From assembly GCF_009914755.1 (NCBI RefSeq), contig NC_060942.1: DNA of 64,000 nucleotides; one strand, given 5' to 3'. Shown piece by piece: positions 54,986-64,000 of this stretch. A model generated the notes under the pieces. It made no database searches, had not been told where the DNA came from, and saw only the letters and a list, made by a program, of their open reading frames with translations. Each line of letters begins with the position of its first letter. Position 1 is the stretch's first letter. Source of the stretch: the human T2T-CHM13v2.0 reference genome, Homo sapiens. Made by a program: the position numbers and the translations under genes.

Positions 54986-55815
54986 ACCAAATGCATTTGC
55001 TTTGACCCGAGATAAGCAGGAAAAATAAAGTCTCACTTGTGCCATCTTCCTGAGCCTTTTAATGCACTCAGGACAAAGTTCTTCACACATGTATATATTT
55101 CAACAGAATTCACTATTCTCATTCTGCTCAGTTCAGTCTAATGTGACAGCATTTAGGCCACTTCAAGGCTGTCCACCATGTGCTGACACCTCTCATTCCA
55201 ATGGTCCTATAGATTTTCCAAATTCAGTGTGGGTCTGTGGTTTACAGACATCCCTCATAAATGTGCATTTTTCCGCATTAACAGAAATGTTGTCAAAAAG
55301 CATGAGGCACATATGTTGTTCTTCTACAAAACAGCACATCATTTCTTAAAATACCATTTTTGATTCTGAATTAAAAAACATATCAACAGGGAAGACAGGA
55401 GGACAGGCCCACGGGGCTGGTGGCACTTTCTCGTTAGCTAACTTTTGGGAAAATGATACTGGGAAGCAGGAATGGGAGAGAAAGCAGCCAGGTGTATATG
55501 GGACATAGTATATATCGTTTACACTCATAGGAAAGTCTCATTTTCTTTTTAAAGAACCGGTGTTTCCAGACATCCTTCTAGTAAACCTGTTCCTCAGATT
55601 AAGGTATACAATCAGTTTTCAGGAGGCTACTCACTAATATGGAGTCAATAAAGCGTCTAAAAGAAGAAAAGTTGAGTCCAATATTAGATATGACAAATCT
55701 GACAGACTAAAAAATTCTAATAATTGATGTTTTGAAGTAAGTCCTTGGACAAATATCTTTTCAGAAATATAGTACTACAAACACAAATAGTACAGAAAAC
55801 AAGGATTTTACTTAC

Positions 55816-55899
55816 TATGGCATCTTTAACAATTTGTTTGGCCACCTGTTCTGGTTTGCACACAGATGTGGTCTCTGAAATAAGTCGAGTCTCCAAAGG
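55816..55899 (-). CDS. KDSR: KDSR exon 8 (84 nt): [28 protein letters not shown]
   Basis: TTTTAG|CCT acceptor and ATA|GTAAGT donor; phase 0 at both ends. Confidence 0.95.
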
Positions 55900-57899
55900 C
55901 TAAAAGTGGAAAAACATGTACATAACAATATCATGATTGCCCATTACATTAAAAATAAATTATTCTTACAGCCTCCTGATTTACAAATAATTCCAATTTT
56001 CTACCTTTGGGCAGATTCCTATTTCTAGAATAAGGTCCATCTGGATTCTAAATCAGTGTCTACCTAGTTACTACATAAAATTCTACCCAGTAGCTAACAC
56101 AAGACAAGGAGGCCTTTGCCATTCTCTTAGAACATACGGAGTCTTGGCTCCACTGAGGACCATCAAAGCTAGAGTGAGAACACATCACTGGATACAAGTT
56201 CAGAAAGACCCCCTTTGACTCCTCAGTGCTGGCCGGACACCTGAATGATGGTGCTTTTCTGTAGAGGCTAGACCTGTGTCCAGAGCAAGCCTGCTCCCAA
56301 GACCAGCAACTCCATTCTGACCATATTCCCAGGTCAGCAGAGGGCTGATCCCTGGGGATGAACCTGGCGCCCAAGGCAGGGACAGTCGCAACCCAGCCCC
56401 CATTCAACAACTGCAGATGCTTCTTAAAGGACTTGCTGAGGAGGCAAATGCACAGGACACTGAAACAGAAGGAGCCACTTAGGAGATAACCCTGAGTGGT
56501 CCCTAGATGGGCTGCATGCTAGTTACCAGGCTGGAGCTGCAGACCCCAAATCTTAGCCTTTTCTTCCTCAAAAGGTCCATCTCAACTCTTACCTAACTCA
56601 AAAAGCCTTCCTTAAATACCTAACTGGCAGTAACCTCTCTCTTTCTTCTGTGAACATTTCTGTTTTAATACACATTATAGCTACTTGTGCATTTGCATTT
56701 TACCTCCTAAGTTTCTTGTGGGCAGGGCCTTTTTTGTAAGAAATTATTTATCTTTGGCTTTTCTTTGCGATGTCTTGCATATGTGTGCTCAAAAATTATT
56801 TCAGTTAGTTTCAATTAGAAGTGTCAAATAATTTCAAGTAGAAGTGTCAAACAAAAGCCTTAAACTGCATGAGACTGTAAACTTTACCACGTAAGCTTGA
56901 AGGAATTAAAGAAAATAAAAACCAGATTATATTTTCTTAAAATAGGAAAGTAAAGTATTTCATAAAGATCAAGTATTTCTTATGAACCTTTCTTAAGAGA
57001 AAGGCTGTTTTGAAGGAGCCACGATTCATTCTTCCAGACCCCCAGGCTGGCATAACCACACTAAATACACATAAGATTCTAAAGTACTATGGCGCCCCCT
57101 AAAGGGCCCACACATCAATGTAGAATTGTATTTACCCCCAACAAGTCTGCCCAAAATTTTACTGAAAAAACCCCAACTTAATCAACATCAGAATCAAACC
57201 TTAACAGGGAAATCACCACCCTTTGTCAGCTCTGGCTTCAAACTAAAAGACTGCATACCGAATGTTGCAAAGCTGCTTAGAAGATCTCTGCTTATTCTAA
57301 GACAGGACATTTGGCTTAAATTTACTTCTTTGAAATGGCAGTAATTTTTAAAAAGGCAGAGCCAAAGAGAAAAGAATAGGGGGAAAAAACCTAAATCACA
57401 AACATCTTTCTACAAATATACAGTCTAGGGAGTTTAAGTGCCAATTTTTATGCTGCAGAGATTCACATTTACAAAGTATTGGTATAAAAGAGAAAAAAAT
57501 ATATAAAACTAAAATTGGCCACAGTTCAAGGTGGTAAGTTCTGATTAATTCCTTTCTTCCCGCTTCACCTATTCATTTGCTCAAAAAAGCAACTACTATG
57601 TGTCAAGGCAAAGGGAATATTCCATTGAAAAAGTGTGAAGCTTATATTCAGCTCAGGATGACTGGCAGTCATTTTATATAAAAGATATGTCTGTTTTAAG
57701 TGCTATGAGAAGCTTCTGTTATAAGCTGTGATAAGTGCAATGGAGACTCAAATCATCAGACCCCAAGTCATCTCCTCTACGATGGCAAAAGATTAGCAAT
57801 TTACTAACCAGATTCTTAATTCTCACCACTAAGAGTAGTTATAAGGCACTTTGTAGAAACAGAAAAATTAAGCAAAAGTTGGCACGTAGGTGGTGAGCT

Positions 57900-59715
<1,816 letters not shown>

Positions 59716-59719
59716 TAAT

Positions 59720-60375
59720 GTTTTTGTTTTGAAACAAGGTCTTACTCTGTTGCCCAGGCTGGAGTGCAGTGGCGCAATCTTGGCTCACTGCAGCCTCGAC
59801 GTCCTAGGCTCAAACTATCTGATATGGTTCGGATCTGTGTCCCCATGCAAATCTCAGGTCCAACTACAATCCCCAATGTTGGAGGAGGGACCTGGTGGGA
59901 GGTCACTGGATCATGGGGGTGGATTTCCCTCTTGCTATTCTCGTGATACTGAGTGAGTTCTCACGAGATCTGGTTGTTTAAAAGTGTGTGGCACCTCCCC
60001 TCTCTCTCTTCCTCCTGCTCCGACCACGTAAGACGTACCTGCTTTCCCTTTACCTAAGACTGTAAGTTTCCTGAGGCCTCCCCAGAAGCAGCAGACTGTA
60101 CAGCCTGTGGAACTGTGAGCAAATTAAACCTCTTTTACGTGTAAATTACCCAATCTCAGGCATTTATTTATAGTAATGCAAGAACGGACTAATACACTAT
60201 CCTTCCACCTTAGCCTCCTGAGTAGCTGGAACAATTCTAATTTTGCTTATTTTTTTGTAGGGAAAGGGTCTTGCTATGTTGCCTAGGCTGGTCTCGAACT
60301 CCTGGGCTCAATCAATCCTCCTGCCATGGCCTCCCAAAGTACTGGGATTACAGGTGTGAGACACCATGGCTGGCC
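59720..60375 (-). mobile_element. AluJ-like element split by an MSTA LTR
   Basis: Alu sequence stops at GGCTCAAACTATC (59819) and resumes at CTATCCTTCCACCTTAGCCTCC (60197). Confidence 0.88.
59820..60196 (+). mobile_element. MSTA (ERVL-MaLR) solo LTR
   Basis: TGATATGGTT...ACGGACTAATACA termini (TG...CA); 5-bp TSD CTATC. Confidence 0.92.
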
Positions 60376-60402
60376 TTAAATTTTTATTTTTTTATTTTTA
60401 AT

Positions 60403-60706
60403 TTTAATTTTTTTTTTTTTTAGATATTGGTTCTCGCTCTGTCACCCAGGTCGAAATGCAGTACTACAATCATGGCTCACTGCAGCCTCAACCTCCCTGG
60501 CTCAAATGATCCTCCCACCTCAGCCTCCTGAGTAGCTGGAACTACAAGCATGTGCCACCATGCCTGGCTAATTTTTAAATTTTTTGTAGAGACAGGGTTT
60601 TGTTATGTTGCCCAGGCTGGTCTTGAACTCCTGGCCTCAAGTGATCTTCTTGCCTAGGCCTCCCAAAGTGCTGGGATTACAGGCATGAGCCACACTGTGC
60701 CTGGCC
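60403..60706 (-). mobile_element. AluJ-like element
   Basis: Reverse Alu; CTTAAATTTT at both flanks. Confidence 0.93.
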
Positions 60707-60911
60707 TGGTCTTAAATTTTATCTTCCACGGTAGAAAGTCAATAAATAATTTCTAAATCTTAAAAAAAAAAAAAGCAGTATAAACATGTTAGTTAAAATA
60801 AATGGCTACCTCTAGGGAGTAGGAATTGGGAATGGGAGAGATGAGGCAAAGGATTGATATTGGACTCTAAAACTGTGTGACATACTTCTTTGATAAAAAT
60901 GTGCTGGAAAT

Positions 60912-61205
60912 GGCTGGGTACAATGGCTCATGCCTATAATCTCAGCACCTGGGAGGCTGAGGAGGGAGGATCACTTGAGGCCAGGAGTTTGACACCAGCC
61001 TGGGCGACATAGTGAGACTCCATCTCTACAAAAAAATTAAAAATTAGCTAGGTGTGGTGGCACATGCCTGTAGGCCCAGCTACTCAGGTGGCTGAGGCAG
61101 GAGGATTGCTTGAGCCTGAGAGTTTGAGGATGCAGTTAGCCACGATTGTACCACTGCACTCCAGCCTGGATGGCAGAGTGAGGCCCTGTCTCTATAGAGA
61201 AAAAA
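60912..61205 (+). mobile_element. AluJ-like element
   Basis: Alu consensus. Confidence 0.93.
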
Positions 61206-61425
61206 TCTGGTAGAAATTTAAACTTTAAGAAAATAAAGTGAGGGAAAAGAGGAAGGAAAGAAGGAATATTTGCCTGGAGAATCTCAAGGTCATCAGAAAC
61301 CAGCTAGGCACTCTACCCAACAAACATTGTTGATTGGTGAAAACGAGTGTGAGCTGAAGAGTAGAAAGAAAATCAGAAAAGCAGTAAACATTAGAGGTTC
61401 AAATTGGGACATGTAGGATACTGAC

Positions 61426-61509
61426 CTTTGTTCTGTTTTCTTCGGCAAAGCCAGGTGTGTCTGTGTCTGGTGGGTAAGCAACTGTGATGTAGACATTATA
61501 TGGCTTCAC
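61426..61509 (-). CDS. KDSR: KDSR exon 7 (84 nt): [28 protein letters not shown]
   Basis: TGCAG|GTG acceptor and AAG|GTCAGT donor; SDR-family PPDTDTPG motif. Confidence 0.96.
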
Positions 61510-62670
61510 CTGCATTTCAAAACAACACGTGTACCTTCAGTAAACAAGACACACTGAGGTCCTACACTGCCAACCTGCACTGGCTGCCCTGATTCCCAAA
61601 AAGCGGTGAGAACAATGGGGTGATTCTGTTAGGCGGGGAACTACACCAATTGCATTGAGAAACCCCTCTCCATGATGATTCCAGAATGTAGGCAAAAAGC
61701 TCACCCTAACCTAGACCCCAGAAAACAGCTGGCCCTAAAGTATGGCAAGTCACCTCCTTTGCAGTGTCTTCCACTCCTGCTGCCCAGACAGAGGCCCTGG
61801 GAGCCGTCCGACGAGGGCAGTGTTTTAAAAAGAGTCCAGTTCCCACACGCACTGCACAGCATCCAAGCCCTTTATCAAGGCAATGGGACCAGTCTGCCCC
61901 TCCTTTCTTCACCAGACTGTACATCTGTTTTTCCTTCAGACTGCTTCTGATACTCTTGTGTTGATTTCATCCACAAAATACATTGGGGTCATTAAAATCT
62001 GCTGCCCTATCCCTTTCTTGTGCCCTACTCCAAACCCAGTCCAGAACTGTCCCTGAGAAGTCTGCTTATTCCAGAGCTCCCTGTATAACCGGCCTCTGCA
62101 CATTAGGAGGTCAAGAGTCACTTCCTCCTCCACTGAACCAACAGGAACCACTGGGTAGAACCTCCAAGTCAGACCAGCCAAGTACCTCCCCTGTGGACAA
62201 CCTCAACCTGCATTCACATAGGGAAAGCCCTCTGCCTTATCTGAAACTCTATGTGGCTCCTCTAAATCTGACACTTGGAGCAGGTTGTTACACTTGTGTG
62301 CCTCACCACCATGCCTGCACACTTCACGCTTCACGACCCCACTCATACACACACCCCCAACAATTCCAGCAGATTCTTCTGCTGTTGGCCAGGACACCCC
62401 CTCCCACAGACTGCTCAGCCACAGCCCTGCTGCACATGCTTATCTTGCCCTGCTAATTAGCAACTCTAAGAGCAATGGTTCCTACCATGAAAATCTCTTT
62501 GCCATGATTTTTATTTGGTATTGGCTCACTTTTTTGTCCCTAGGAAACACCTAAGGGATCTGGAAGTGGAGAGGCAGCTGATAGATCAGCCACTGCACAT
62601 CTTCAGAAGGGTACCCTAGGCTAAAAATCAACACCACTGCCTAATGTGACGGCCTTTAAGAGTAGCCCAG

Positions 62671-63017
<347 letters not shown>

Positions 63018-64000
63018 TTATGCAGCCCTTTTTCGCCCTGGTTCCTTCAGTGAAGCACAGTTTTGAGGGCTTTAAGGGGAGCTTCAAGGGGAAGGAGAAG
63101 CACGCACAGGCCTGCAAGCAGAAGATCCAGGCCAGCCATCCTGGAAAGTGCAGTCGTGAAAGTGAGATGTCTTTGTGGGTTCCATTCCAGCACAATTAGG
63201 GTGTGGGACAGCCCATCCACCGGGCATTGCCAGGGCATGCAGCTTCACGGCCCAGCCATGCTCATAAATAGCTCTGGATCGGGGCCAGGTAGTAAGGCAG
63301 ATGAGCCAGAAACTCGCTTCCACTTGTTTTTGAGATAGTGACTTATAAAAACCTTGTCTCCCCCAGCCTTGCCCTCTGCTGTGCATAGACCAGAGAAAAA
63401 CACCACAAAAAATCCAACGAGTGGTCATTAGGCAGCCCACATAAAGACTGACATCGACTGCCCAGAAACTCACGTCTGTGCTGCCCCTCTGCCTTCTCTC
63501 TCATGGTAAAGAAGGATGCTGGCTCCAAAGCTAATGGAAGACAGGATTTCAGAGCAGTGCTTCTCAAACTCAAGGTTACGGCTGCATTGCCAAAGGTTAA
63601 AACAGAGCTTTTCAGAACAGCTTCCTCATGAGGAAGGAACACAGATAGCTGGGGTTGGGAGAAACCAGTCCAGTCGCTTCCTAGATTAGTATTCTCGCTA
63701 TGCCATCCAACCAAATGACTCTCCCAGTCTCTGGCTGGATACCTCCAGTGGCTAGTCACCTCACCATTTACATATTATTTTATTTATTCATGCAACAACG
63801 AGCACTTACTGAATTACTTCTACATGCCAGTATCGTTCTAAGAACAAAGCATAAGGTTAAGATTCTAGTTTCCTGAAACTCTTGGTCAAATAATTTGCTA
63901 AAATCTGAATATACTAAACCACATCTACATCTTCTTTTAATCTACCAATCTCATAACCCTGTCATAAACAAAAATGAGGGTAGGCTGGCTTTACTTGTTC

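Overview
Human genomic DNA, recognised as the chr18q21.33 BCL2/KDSR locus; both genes lie on the minus strand. Positions 1-35142 are the 5' part of the very large BCL2 intron 2. Positions 35143-38150 hold BCL2 coding exon 2 (ATG at 35727), the intronic-polyadenylation BCL2-beta ending, a 221-nt 5'UTR intron, the P2 and P1 promoters, G-quadruplexes and the CpG island. Positions ~44787-61509 hold KDSR (FVT1) exons 10, 9, 8 and 7 plus a ~4 kb 3'UTR. The rest is primate repeat sequence (about 27 Alus, L1, L2/MIR, MSTA and MLT1 LTRs, hAT and Tigger-family DNA transposon relics). I found no prokaryote-type system, CRISPR array or RNA gene, and no evidence of a wholly new gene system. The observations most worth checking are: a ~95-bp non-Alu inverted duplication in intron 2; a 27-codon uORF in frame with BCL2 and separated from it by one stop codon, plus a Kozak-context GTG; a near-perfect CTCF motif between KDSR and the BCL2 promoter; a phased octamer pair; and KDSR exons 7-9, which would form a stop-free 270-nt circle between inverted Alus. 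Repeat subfamily names, variant IDs and literature links are recalled from memory and were not checked against databases. Repeat boundaries are approximate.
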